Source: Hemiscyllium ocellatum (lineage: Eukaryota). From it: a stretch of 64,000 nt of DNA. The notes beneath the pieces are model-generated. The model worked only from the letters and a program-made list of their open reading frames with translations, was not told the DNA's origin and did not search any database. The position numbers and the translations under genes were made by a program. Within the stretch, counting starts at the first letter, position 1, and each line of letters begins with the position of its first letter. The stretch spans positions 11,711,052 through 11,775,051 of the forward strand of contig NC_083409.1 in assembly GCF_020745735.1 (NCBI RefSeq), read 5' to 3'. Below, one piece after another: positions 13,346-25,639 of the stretch.

Positions 13346-13651
13346 ACGGTGGCACAGTGGTTAGCACTGCTGTCTCACAGCGCCTGAGACCCGGGTTCAA
13401 TTCCCACCTCAGGCGACTGACTGTGTGGAGTTTGCACGTTCTCCCCGTGTCTGCGTGGGTTTCCTCCGGGTGCTCCGGTTTCCTCCCACAGTCCAAAGCT
13501 GTGCGGGTCAGGTGAATTGGCAGTGCTAAATTGCCCGTAGTGTTAGGTAAGGGGTAAATGTAGGGGTATGGGTGGGTTGCGCTTCGGCGGGTCGGTGTGG
13601 ACTTGTTGGGCCGAAGGGCCTGTTTCCACACTGTAAGTAATCTAATCTAAT
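13346..13651 (+). mobile_element. HE1-type tRNA-derived SINE, young and full length
   Basis: GGTGGCACAGTGGTTAGCACTG A-box, GGTTCAATTCC B-box, CR1-like 3' end and (TAATC)n tail. Confidence 0.9.
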
Positions 13652-14459
13652 CTCTCTCCTTGCTGTTGCCCTTCCCTAACTGCCATGAGTTTCTTGAAGA
13701 GAATCTGACAGAGGGACAAGGTCATGTCCTCGGCCTGAGCACGACTGCCTGACCTGCTGTGCTTTTCCAGCACCACACTTTTTGACTCTGAGTAAACTAT
13801 CCTTCAGGAGAATGAGCTGTGGCACATGGGAAAACCTGGGAGTATTGGAAAGGCACTGGCAGCCTGGTCAGCCTGCAGAGGGGCAGAAACAGATTTGATG
13901 AATGAGATGATATCCTTTCAGAGCTACACAGTTTACATTGTTACTGACGGTGACTCCATGGGCAATGCTCCTGCTTCAGAGTCAAATGGTCATTGCATTG
14001 AAAGCCACCTCAGAAATGAGAGCACAGAATCCAGGCTGAGACTGCAGTGAACTCTGACACAATGTTATGTATGGGATGTTCATTTAAAGCCCCACCAGCA
14101 CCATCCAGACCCCAATCCCTCCACCTCAGGGGGCTCAACAAGATCCCATTCTGAAGAGATTCCCTCAGGTATCCTGCTCAATATTCAACTAATGCCACCA
14201 AAAGGATTTGTCTCATCATTCGTTTGCTGATTTTGGGACCTCAGCATTTTGTCTTGTGAAGGTGATTGCACTGTGCAGGCAGCTTTAAATATCCTGGGAT
14301 GATTAAAAATAAACACTGCACCAACAAGTGTTCTCTCTTCCTGTCACATAACAGGGGAGTAAATCAGTAACTGAAAATCCACACTGAAGGCAAACACTGA
14401 AGCTTCAGCTGAAAGGCTTTTTGCACCACGTTAACCTGCGCCCTGGGCATTTCCTTCCA

Positions 14460-16010
14460 GTGTCCGAGATCGTTACCAGGCTGGGATGGAGGCTTACAGG
14501 AGGCTGGAAGAACACAGCAAGTCAGGCAGAATCTGGAGGTGGAGCAGTCAACATTTCGGGTATAACCCTTCTTCAGAACTGCAGGTGGGGGTAAGGGGAG
14601 CTGCAAATCAAGGTGGGATCGGTTGTTTGCGTGGGTGGAGGGGAATGGTGGAGTGGAAGGTATTGATGGATGAACACAGGTAGAGGGTTGGAAGTGCTTA
14701 GTCGATGGGAGGAATGAATCCATTTGGTGGCTGGAAGGGAGGGTCCGTAAGTGGAATAGAATGGAGGAGGGGGACTGGAAAGGGAGTCGAAAGTTGGGAA
14801 AGGCAGGCTTTTTGAAACTGGAGAACTCAATGTTGATTCCTCTGGGTTGTAAGCAACCCCGGGCAAAAGATAATTATTTGTTCCTCCAATTTGCAGTCTG
14901 ATTGCTTATGGTAATGGAGGAGGCAGAGGATAGTCATGTCAGAGAGGGAATAGGAAGGGGAATTGAAATAGGCAGTGACTGGGAGGCCAGGTCAGCCTTT
15001 GTGAGCCTGGCTGAGATGCTCATCAAAACATGTCCTTAGTTTACGTTTGGTCTCACCGATGCAGAGAAGACCACAACGGGTGCACCGGATACAATAAACT
15101 AGGTTGGAGGAGAGGCAGGTGAACCTCTGTCTGACCTGGAAGGACTGGGGCCCTGGATGGAAATGACAGGGTTTGGTGTGTGGGCAGGTTTTGCATCTTT
15201 TACAGTTGCAGGGGAAGGTACCAGGGTTTTGTTGGGGGAGGAGAGGGTAGGTGTGAAGTGTGGTGAAAACCAAGGATTGGCAAAGGGAACAGTCCTTGTG
15301 GAAGGCAGAGAGGGGTGGGGAAGGGAAGATGTTCTTGATAGTGGGGTCGAGCTGGAGTTGTCAGAATTGTTTGAGGATGATACGTTGGATGCGGAGATTG
15401 ATTGGACGTAAGGTGAAGACAAGGGGGACCCTGTCTCTATTGCATTTTGGAGGGGAGTGTTTAGATTTGGGGAGCAGAGAATGGAGGAGGTGTGGTGGAG
15501 GGCTTTCTGGATGGCAGAGGTGGGAAAAGTACATTGTTCAAAATAAGTGGACATCTGGGACACTTGGGAGGGGAGCATCTCCTCGTTCGAGCAGATATTA
15601 CGGAGATGGAAGAATTGGGAAAACGGGGTGGTGTTCTTGCAGGATACTGGTTGGGAGGAGGTGTTGACCAGGTAGTTGTGTGAGTCTGTGGATTTACAGT
15701 AAATGTCTGTTCCTAGACTGTCACCGGAGATGGAAATGGGGCGGTCAAGAAAGGAGAGGGATTTGTCCAAGATAGACTACGTGAATTTAAGGGCAGGTTG
15801 GAAGTTCTTAGCAAAGTTGATGAACAGCTCCAGTTCAGCCTGGCTGCAGGATGCAGCACTGATGCAGTCACTGATGTAATGGCGGAAGATTTGGGGAACG
15901 GTGCCTGTGCATGTACTGGTGAGGTGTTGTTTGTTGTAGCCGACAACAAGCAGACATAGCTGGGACCCATGGCCACCCACTGGATTTGGAGGAAATGGGA
16001 AGAGTTGAAG
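14460..16010 (-). mobile_element. Penelope-like element relic (RT C-terminal part plus GIY-YIG endonuclease)
   Basis: QWVAMGPSY, TDIYCKSTDSHNYL, CKRCKTC and NLVYCIRCTRCGLLCIGETKRKLRTCFDEH motifs. Confidence 0.9.
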
Positions 16011-16329
16011 GAAGCTGACAGATCACATGGAAATGTTTGGAAAAGGTTCACAAGGACACAGTCCAGGCTTCCTGCAAATATCAGCCTTCCTTCTATTGAA
16101 GTGCTTCTTCACAGGAGCTTCTCTATGGCGGTTTCAAGTACACATCATCCGTGGAAATATCACAGACTTTCTGAAATGGAATGAACTGAAAGAAGAGAAG
16201 GAAATGGGAAGAATTAACCAGACAAGGGTGAGCATCAAGAGAGATGGGAGTGTGTGGAAGACTCTGTGCCATGAAAAAATCCCAAAGGAGTTTCACAAGA
16301 AAAGCTCGAATCTTTACAAGGATATAACA

Positions 16330-16765
16330 GGGAGATGACTTACTGACATCAAACAGGTTGGGTGTTAGGGACCCTGTGCCTCTGGTGCCTAACTCTATAT
16401 GAGACATTACAGTCGAGGATGGTTGATGTGTAAATAAAGGGTGACTTGATGATGTGGAGTTATTTCATGATCAATGACCGCGGGCATAGATTTAATGGAA
16501 ATGGCAGAAGATTAAGAGGGAATGTGAGGAAACACGCTTTCATGCAGAAGGTGGTGGTAATTTGTAACTTGCTTTCTGTAAGGGTAGTTGAGGCAGAAGC
16601 TCTCCCATAACATTGATGTACTTTGATGTGCAGCTGTGATGCCAAGGTTTACAGGGCTGCGGGCCAACTGCTGGAACATGGAATTAGAATAGTGAGATGG
16701 TTGTTTTGACTGGCTTTGGCTCATTGGGCCGAAGGGCCTTGTTCTTGTAGACCTGTTGTAGATGT
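16330..16765 (+). mobile_element. Old CR1 3' fragment
   Basis: Typical CR1 C-terminal and 3' UTR sequence ending GGGCCGAAGGGCCTTGTT. Confidence 0.7.
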
Positions 16766-16919
16766 CTGACTCTGCCAGGACTCCAGCAATGTGGCTGACC
16801 CTTACCTGCCATTTGAAAGGCCGAGCAAGCCACTCAGTTTCAGGGCAGTTAGGGATGGGGAACAAATGCTGGTCTTGTCAGTGACTCCCACATCCCAGGA
16901 AAGAATAGACGGCCTCAGT

Positions 16920-17165
16920 GGTAACACCGTCACCTGAACCTGCAGGTTTCAAGCCCCACTCCAGACACTGGAGAACTATCCTGAGGCTGGCAAAGGTAAA
17001 GATGCCATCTGCTGGATGATCGGTTAAACCACTGCCCTCTCAGGTCGACGTGAATATAAGGGCTTTGTGACCATCTCACGGAAACTCTCCCCACTGTGCT
17101 GACCAATGCTTCTCTTATAACCAATGGTATTAAAACAGATACAAGAGTAAAATACAGCAAATCTC
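16920..17165. promoter_or_regulatory. Conserved 3' element with CTCF-like motif and E-box, copy adjacent to this cluster
   Basis: CCAGCAGATGGCA on - at 17003-17015 and CACCTG near 16932; about 9 mismatches in about 205 bp versus the inverted copy at 5780-5990. Confidence 0.4.
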
Positions 17166-20129
17166 AAATAAAACAAGATGCTGGAGAAAGGGAACAGGTG
17201 CAGCCACATTAGAGAGAGGAGGTAATAATGTTTTGGATTCAGTGATGTTTTATCAAAAAGAAGCCACAGTTTTTGATGATTTTATTTCATTTTAACCTGT
17301 TTTATGTTATTTTATTTTATTTAAATCTTGTTTATCAAATTTCAGCCCGCTTGATTGGCACCACATCGACATTGCCTCCACACTGACCCTCAGTAACAGC
17401 TGTGAGCACTATCTACAAGATACATTGCAGAGGTTCAGCAAAGATCCTGAGAGAGCACCTTCCAAACCCATGACCACGTCCATCAAGAAGGACATGGTAG
17501 CAGATACACAGGAACACCACTCTTTGCAAGTTCCCCTCATTGAAATATATCGCTGTTCCTACATTGTTATTGGGTCAGGCTCATGGAATTCCCTTCCTCC
17601 GCACATTGTGGGTCTACCTATAGCACACAGACTGTAACAGTTCGAGAAAGCAGCTCAGCGCCACTGTGTACATGACAATGAGAGATGGACAGTAACAAGG
17701 CTGGTGCAAAGTAAGAGCAGGTGTGATTAGGGATCTGAAAGTGAGAGTGTGATGGTTCAGTTCCTCCTGGACATCTCAAGGTTTGTATGAACTTTTGGTC
17801 TCCTAATTGCAGAAAGAATATAAATCCATTGGAAGTGTTTCAGAGGAGTTTTATCTGACTGAGTATGAGGGGGCTGTGTGGTGAGGAAGGATCGGAAAGG
17901 CTGGCCTTGATCTCACTGGAGTTTCAAAGAGTGGGGGGTTTTCCTGTCCCACTGTATTCTCCAAACCCTTATCTGACCCCCTCTTGGGTCATACCCTCCT
18001 GCCCCTTACTAACATGGAATCGGACTGCCCAGTCCTGAGGCTTACACCTTCCATCTGGAACAAAGTCTCCAGGTAGCTCTGACCCTCCCTGATGTATCAG
18101 GATTCTTACAACTCAGCTTCCAATCCAAACCCCCTGAGTGGGAGTTGCTGTAGATTTATACAGTCACTACCGATGTATTTACCCTGAATCATTTCAGTTT
18201 AATGAACAAATGCTGATCCCACTTACAAATGAAAGAAATCAATTCTTTCATGAAACTAGTAATTGTCCTCAGTCTCTGGATCAATGTTTCAGTACTTTTC
18301 ATTTCTAGGATTTCCCTATTTGAGGTTTCCTAAGCATACTATTTATATGGTTCCTTACACAAAGCTCTTCCCAGCTGATCTGGTCAACAGACTCCTATCC
18401 CCTTGTTTATTATTTTGCTATTTTCAAACCAAGTGCATGTGCAGGCTCCCATCAGCTGAAGTGACAGTCAGTTCACTGAACTCCCACATTGACCAAACTT
18501 CCCAGCATCCCCCTCTGTGCCAGCTGCACTGAGTGCCAACTGCAGGATATAGGCTGCCCTGTATTTATTCTGGTGCTAATTGATATCACTTTGTTCTGTC
18601 GTGCTATTAGAGTCATAGAGACAGCACAGAGACAGAACCTTCGGTTCAACTTGTCCACGCTGACCAGATATCCCAACGCAATCTAGTTCTACTTGCCAAT
18701 GCTCAGGATCAGGGTTAAGTTAGATCATTTCTCAGTCTGAAGCTTCCTTCTTTCAGCCTGAGAAATACGTTACTTTTATAACCAACAAATGTGACTTTAA
18801 TGCTGGAATCTGTTTTGAAGATTAATGGGCTCAATGGTTTGATTCAATGTGGTAAGATAAGAAATATCTGTGTCACTTGCTGTAATTCAGTCTTCTCTAA
18901 CCAATCTCTTCAGGGGCCAGGATGAGTGTGAGGAGATTGGGTTTTGATGGAACTATCCACAGACTCAAGTCAAAAGAAGCAAAGCAAGAAAGACAGGTGG
19001 ATCAAATACAAGAGAGCACATTATGAGGGAAAACCAATTATTACCAAAGGAGAGAGTGACAACATTGAATTGCTTCTTGTGTCATCCTCTGCGCCCTTAC
19101 GTTTCACAGTGTCAGCTCCACATCCTTCCATTGGCTTTGTCATTGAGAGCCAATGGTTCCTTTCCCACAGCCCTTTTTAAAATGCCCTGCCCAGGGAATC
19201 ACTCAGACAGAGAATATTTCACCTTTTCTGGGAAGGTTGGAGAAATATTGGATGTCGATGAGCTGCTTTCTCAGACTTCAGGGTCTGACAGAAGGATGTG
19301 TGTAGGCTGTGGATTCTGGAGACAGATCACTGAGATGTTCCTCACTCCCATCAACACCTGACTTTATCCTGAAATCAGTTTCTATTCTTCATTATAAAGT
19401 ACCCCCACCAGTTTCAGACTAGACATTTCACACCCAGCCCCCATTTCCTCACATTGGAATCAAGAACCAAACTTGCCCCATCTCAGGATTGCCCTCTGAA
19501 TGTGGTGTCAGTGTGCTAATGCTGTGTTTGATGAAAGAGCCACAGTGGAATCTGGGACTGAATCCAAGGGGTTTCTGATCCTACAGCAGCCTCCTTGCTG
19601 TGTGAGATTCTGTTTGGATAAGATTTCAGCCCCATGGTTCCCACTGATACGAGAACCATGGAGTGAGAGTGCTGGAGCCACGTGTGGACTGAGGAACACA
19701 ACAGTCAGGACAATGAGCTGCTCTGGAATCCATCCTGAGCACTGGATGGTTGTCACTGAGATGGCCCAGGGGCTACAGAATATGACAGCAGAAAGTGGAA
19801 CCAGTTTATCATTGACTGTACCCCCCAGCCATGACTCCCAGACTGAACATTCTCAATCTGACTCCAGGGACACACGGGGCAATTCCATCTCATTTGAAAA
19901 GTAAAGAAAACCCAGGTCTAATTTATGGAATATTTATTACCCAAACCCTGTGGAATTGTTATTTTGAGTTCCAAGATTCTGCTGATCATATTGATCAATA
20001 GAGTGTCCCTAGTGACCCTGATCTGAATTGCTTGGCTCAGGATCTTGCTGTCCCTGATGGATGGGTTGGTGTGGAGGGGGAATTGCCATCAGAATATTTT
20101 GTTCCAGGGATGGATCAAGTTAGTATAGT

Positions 20130-20240
20130 GGGTGACATGGTGGCTCAGTGGTTAGCACTGCTGACTCATAGCGCCCGGGATCTGCGTTCGATCCCTGCCT
20201 CAGGAGAATATCTATGTGGATTTTGCACATTCTCTCCAAA
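20130..20240 (+). mobile_element. SINE 5' head fragment between two tandem 180-bp copies
   Basis: GTGGCTCAGTGGTTAGCACTGCTG...GTTCGATCCC. Confidence 0.7.
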
Positions 20241-20564
20241 TACAAATCAAATGCTGTATGGAATATTTACTTTGCAAACCCTGTGGGATTGTTATTCTCG
20301 ATAGTAAGATCCTGCTGGTCAAATTGATCAATAAAATGTGAACTGAACTGCTCGGCTTGGGATCTTGCTGTGCTGAAAGGATGTGTTGGTGTTCAGGGGA
20401 ATTCCCATCAGACTATTGTGTTCCCCATTGCCCCCTCTATTCTCCCCTTCCTGCTCCATACCTGGGGGTGGGGTGGAGCTTTTCACTCCGTACACCTATC
20501 CCTGAGGACTCAGCTCTGGCCATTCCCAAAGTACACACGAGACAGAGACTGAATCTTCTTCATC

Positions 20565-20570
20565 TTTATT
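20565..20570 (-). terminator. Polyadenylation signal of the light-chain transcript
   Basis: AATAAA about 530 bp after the C stop, followed by a GT-rich tract (TCTCTGTCTCGTGTGT). Confidence 0.7.
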
Positions 20571-21098
20571 CCCTTTTCCAGATTGACATTGACAGAAAAC
20601 AGACTGCAATTCACAGCCCAGACAGAGGAAGCTGCTCAAATTCACAGCCACAATGGAGCTTGAGGAAAACACTTGTGGAGATTTTCTCAATAACATGAGA
20701 ATCCTGTCCCTTTAAACAGTGACAAAACCTTAAATTGGAACTGGTGGCTGAGCAGAAAGGAGGTCTGTTTTACTGAAACAGAGACTTTTGAGGTTCACAT
20801 TGTTTTTGCACAGCTGACAGTCTTTAGCATCTTCGGAGAGGTTTTACTTGACATCGCAAGTTAACACTGTCCCCATCAAACACATCCAGGTCAGGGAAAG
20901 CATGGGACTAGATAAAGAGTAAAGTTTTCTCTACACTATCCCAACGACCAGCCTTAACCCCTGAATCGCAGAAGTATCTCCAAGCCAGTCCTGAGAAGGA
21001 AGAGAGTTGAAACTCAGTGCTGACAATGACCTTTGTACTGCCAGCTCAGCCCTGTTCTATTTAAAGTTGTGTCTCCTCTGTGGACTGTCTCCAACACT

Positions 21099-21427
21099 CT
21101 ACACACATTCTGATCTCCTGATGCTCTTGCTGAGGGGAGAGGGGAGGGTCACGTGAGTGAGGGCACAGGAGAAGCGAGCGTTGGACTCCCAGTCAGACTC
21201 AGAGAGGGTCAGCAGGCTGCTGACACTGTAGGTGCTGTCCGAAGCTCGCAGGTAGTTGCTGGTCTGAACCCCGTCCGAAATGACTGCACCGTCCTTCTTC
21301 CACTGCACCTCTAGCTCATCGGGATAGAAGTGATTGGCAAGGCACACCAGGGTGGCAGTGCCCTTGGCATTGACCTGCTCCGGGGAGGGGGGCAGCAGGG
21401 TCAGCTTGGGCTGAGAGTTGTCACGGA
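21099..21427 (-). CDS. IGKC: Ig kappa-type constant exon (C1-set), intact
   Basis: Acceptor TCTTGTCTTTCAG|TC. Reads RDNSQPKLTLLPPSPEQVNAKGTATLVCLANHFYPDELEVQWKKDG...FSCALTHVTLPSPLSKSIRRSECV*, with both domain Cys and the penultimate interchain Cys; phase matches the J donor. Confidence 0.97.
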
Positions 21428-22249
21428 CTGAAAGACAAGAGAAACAATTTTAATCCCTGCCTTTTGAAGGTACATAAACTCTCTGAACAGTAACTGGTAA
21501 AACATTTGAACGTTTGTATCCAGTACCTAGCAGACCTGACAAAGCACTGGCATTTTAAACATTGCTTTTTGGGACGTGTACGGCACTGGCAGAGCCAGTC
21601 GCTGCCCATCCCTAACTGTCTCTGAGAAGGTGATGGTGATGCAGCAGAATGATAAGGGACAGTCCTGGACCACCATTTAAGGAATGAATGTGGGCAGCTG
21701 GAAGGGCTATCAATGTGGGAGCATTTTAGTGACAGTGATCGGACCTCAGTGAGATTGAGATTAGGGATGGAAATGGAGAACCGTGGAGCAAGTGTAAAAG
21801 TTTTCATTTGGGAACAATCCATTTTACCAAACTGTGTGGTAATTTGATAAAAGAGTACTGGAACCATCGACTTGATGGGAGATCAGTGACAGGGCAGTGG
21901 GAGGCCTCCAAGGATGAGACAGAGACAAAGACCATTCAGAATCTTTTCCCAAAAGAGTAAGAGTGGCACTCCCAAAGACAGAGTCTTAGCAAAGATGTGA
22001 AACTATCGATATGATGTGGAGGCTCTGGTGTCCAACTGGGGTGGACATGTTCAGGAGTCACATGACACCAGGTTACAGTCCAACAGGTTTATTTAAAATC
22101 ACGAGCTTGTGAAACGCTGCTCCATCTTCAGGTGAAGCGACTTCAGTGCTGAAGGAACAAAGCTCTGAAAGCTTGTGATTTGAAATAAGCCTGTTGGACT
22201 ATATTCTGGTGTCATGTGACTTCTGACTTCAAATGAAGCCCCGTTAGAG

Positions 22250-22800
22250 TACAATGAGAGAACTGTGTGCAGTTCTGGTCACCACATTGCAGGAAGGATG
22301 TGATTCCCCTAGAGATGGGGACAGTGGAGGGTTTTATCAGGAATGAGGAGTATTAGCTTTGAGGAATGATTGGATTGGCTGGGACTGGTTTCTTTGGAAC
22401 ACAGGAGGCTGAGGGGAGATTTGATCGATGGTGTGTAAAATGATGAGGGGTCTGGATAGAGTGGGTAGGAAGAACTGATTTCCATCAGCACAGAGGGCAA
22501 TAACCATGGGGAGAGATTGAAATGAATTGGGGGCAGGGTTCGAGTGGAGTTGAGGAGTAATTGTTTTCACCCAGTGGCTGGTGGGATCAGGACCTCACTG
22601 TCTGAAAGGGTGACAGCGGCAGAAACTCTCATCACATTGAAAAAACACTTGGATATTCACGTGAAACACCAAAGCCTCCAGAGCTATGGAGCAAGAGCTG
22701 GTATGTGGGGTGGAGTTCGACACCTCTTTAACAAACCTCCGATCACTCACAGCTCGGGAGAACTTTATCCAACAACATTGGAGCAGAGTTGGATCAGCAC
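22250..22800 (+). mobile_element. Old CR1 3' fragment in the J-C intron
   Basis: GTGCAGTTCTGGTCACC...AGGCTGAGGGGAGATTTGAT motifs. Confidence 0.75.
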
Positions 22801-23809
22801 ACTTCAGGAAGGAGTCACGTTGGGTGTCCATGTAGAAGGTTCTAGATTTTGTTTCAAACCTTCCAGCTCAGCGCTGGGTTAAGGTCAAATGTGAGGGTGC
22901 AAAGAGTCTCAGTGTCCTGGGATCAGACAGTGACACTGCTCTAAATGATCCCATGTTCCCTGGAAGATGGAAGCGTGCATCCAACGGGCAAGGGTCATGT
23001 TCAGGAGACTCCAACCTCAAAGAAAGACTTGCATTTATGTTGCACCTGCCTCCACCTAAGGATGTTGCAGTGGCTCTTTCCATCAGACTGTGCTCAGCAA
23101 GATCCCAGAGAGCTGGGTGACAATGTGGCGAGGATCAGATTTTTAGTGATGCTAATTAGGGAATCAGTATTGACCAGGACACCAGGAGACACCATCCTGC
23201 TGTTTGTCTAGTAGAGCCATGGATTGGCATCTCTGATATCTGAAAGGCTCCCAGTGCATCAAAAGAGAGACTTGTATGTCAGGCTCTCCCAAAGCATTTA
23301 CAGAGAGTGAGGGACTTGTCTGGACACTGGTCACTGTTGTAATGCAGAAAACACAATTTGCACATAGCAATATCGCACAAAAATAAATGAGATTATGAAG
23401 CATGTTCAGTGATGTTTCGGGGATAAATATTGACCTGAAGTCAACCCAAAGAGAAAGCAAATGGGTTCAGTTGCACAAAACGTGAGAAAATGAAAGGCAC
23501 AGGAGAAGGTGGGAGTCGTGGTTAGTGATGGGTTTGATTGTTACCAGAAAATAAAAGGAAGGATCAGAATTTGTGAATGTCATATTGTAACAAGGCAATA
23601 CAGACAGTAGAAATAACCTAAAGTCTTTGGATGATAAATCATTCGGAATAAGGTAGACAGAGTGATGCCACAAATTGAGGTTCCCAAGTACTTTAAAATC
23701 ATTAAAGTGACGCAGGGCTCAGGAGAGGTTAGTAAAGTTCCCAAAATAATTAATAGGACATAGATTATGGAAAGGGTCAGAAAATTAATTTTAGGCACAG
23801 TGCATAAGG

Positions 23810-24990
23810 GGACAACTATGAAAAGGAGGACAGTCAGTGCAGGACTGAGGGTGTTGTACCTGAATGCAGGGAGTATCCGAAATGAGGTAAATATGTTTGT
23901 CGCAGATTGGAATTGGCAGGTACGATGTTTTGAGTATCACAGAGACCTGGCTGTAAGGGGTTGAGGGCTGGGAATGAAATACTCAAGGATGCACATCCGA
24001 TTGACAGGACATGCTGATGGGCAGATGGGGGTGGGGTTACCTTCTTGGTAAGAAATGAAATGAGATCAATCACAAGAAGGGATTTAGAGTTGGAATGCAT
24101 TCAATCTGTGTGGGTAGAGGTGAGGAGTTGCAAGGGAGAAAGAGCATGATGAGAACTTAGCACAGGACCCCCCAGCAGCAGTCAGGATATGAGGAAGAAA
24201 ATAAATCAGGAGATAGAGAAGGCCCCGCTATAATAGTCATGAGGGACTTCAATATGCAGGGAGACTGGAAAATTAAATTGTTTGGGGATGTCAAGGGTAG
24301 GAATTAAAGGAATGTTTACGACATGGTTTTTAGAGCAGCTTGTGGTAGAGATCACTATGGAACAGGCAATTCTGGATTGGGTGATGTGTATTGAAGCAGA
24401 CCTGATTAGGGAACTTAGGGTGAAGGAATTCCTTGGGGGCATTGACCGTAATATGACAGAATTCACCCTGCAGTTTGTGACAGGGAATCTGGAGTCAGTT
24501 GTACCGGTAATGCAATTAACTTAAGGTAACTACAAAGACATGAGGGAGGAGCTGGCCAGAGTTGGTAAGAAAGGAAGCTGAGCATAAGAGAGAATGGAGC
24601 AGCAATGGTAGGAGTTTCTGGGGGGTAATTTGGGAGGCAGAGCAGGAATTTAACCCAAGGAAGAAGAAAGGTACTGAGTGGAGGCCAAGGCAACCATGGC
24701 TGATGAGGGAAGTCAGGGTCAGCATAAAAGCAAAAGAAAAAACATGCAATGTGGTGAAGATTATTGGGAAGCCGGAGGATTGGGAAGCCTTTAAAAAACA
24801 GCAGAGAGTAACTAAAAAAAAGTAAGGGTGGGTGTGTAAATAAAATATGAGGGTCAACGAGTTAGTAACATAAAAGAATATTGCAAGAGGTTTTCTTTAG
24901 ATATATGAAAGGCAAGAGGGAGTCAATAATAGAAATTGTACCACTGGAAAAGGCAGAAGTAGTAATGGGGAACAAAGAAATGGTGGAAAA
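23810..24990 (+). mobile_element. CR1 ORF2 endonuclease fragment
   Basis: LRVLYLNAGSIRN, EQAILDWVMC and QPWLMREV motifs. Confidence 0.85.
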
Positions 24991-25639
24991 AGTGCATCAG
25001 TGCCTTAAATCAGCTTTAACAGTGGTGTGATAATGCTGCTCATTTCACAAGTTTGAGTTGTCCTTGGATTTTTTTTCAAGAGGGGTTGTAAAGGCAGAGG
25101 TTCCAATTTGTCTGGGTTAGGGACTTTGCTCATGGCTAACAGATACTGCCTAAGGCAACAGTCAGGGAAAAGGCTTTTAGGTTTTATATTAAACACTTGT
25201 CCAATAAAAGGAAAATGGCCAGTTCTTCCAGTTTGCTGTTTTTGACAAACAGTCGGTTGGAAGCTCCTGGATAAAGAAAGCTGCTGGTGAGAAAGGTTCC
25301 CCAATTCAACATTTTCCAGTGGACTCACTGTCTGAAATTCCTCTCCTGTAAGAACCCCTGTGTTTATATTTACCTTCTTGCCAAGGCTATTACAGCAAAT
25401 TGGAACAGCTCTTTGTCAAGTTACATTTTTTCGTCAGTTGGGTTTTCAAATAGTTAAGTTATTCTAAATTCTGTTTTCTTTTGATTGTAAATAAATACTC
25501 TTTTCCTTCAAGCTGAGTGGTTTGGCCAGTTGTATCAATCCTGGAATATCCAGGTTACATTTGCTGAACACAATTCGAAAAGGTAAGGTCTGGGCTGCAT
25601 TCTTAAAATGTTTTGAAGGGTCTGGCCTGGTCCATAACA

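Noticed and set aside
13346-13420. tRNA-like A/B boxes (also near 20135, 28790, 47430-47505 and 57360)
   Set aside because: They are SINE heads followed by SINE body and LINE-like tail; no full cloverleaf or tRNA 3' end.
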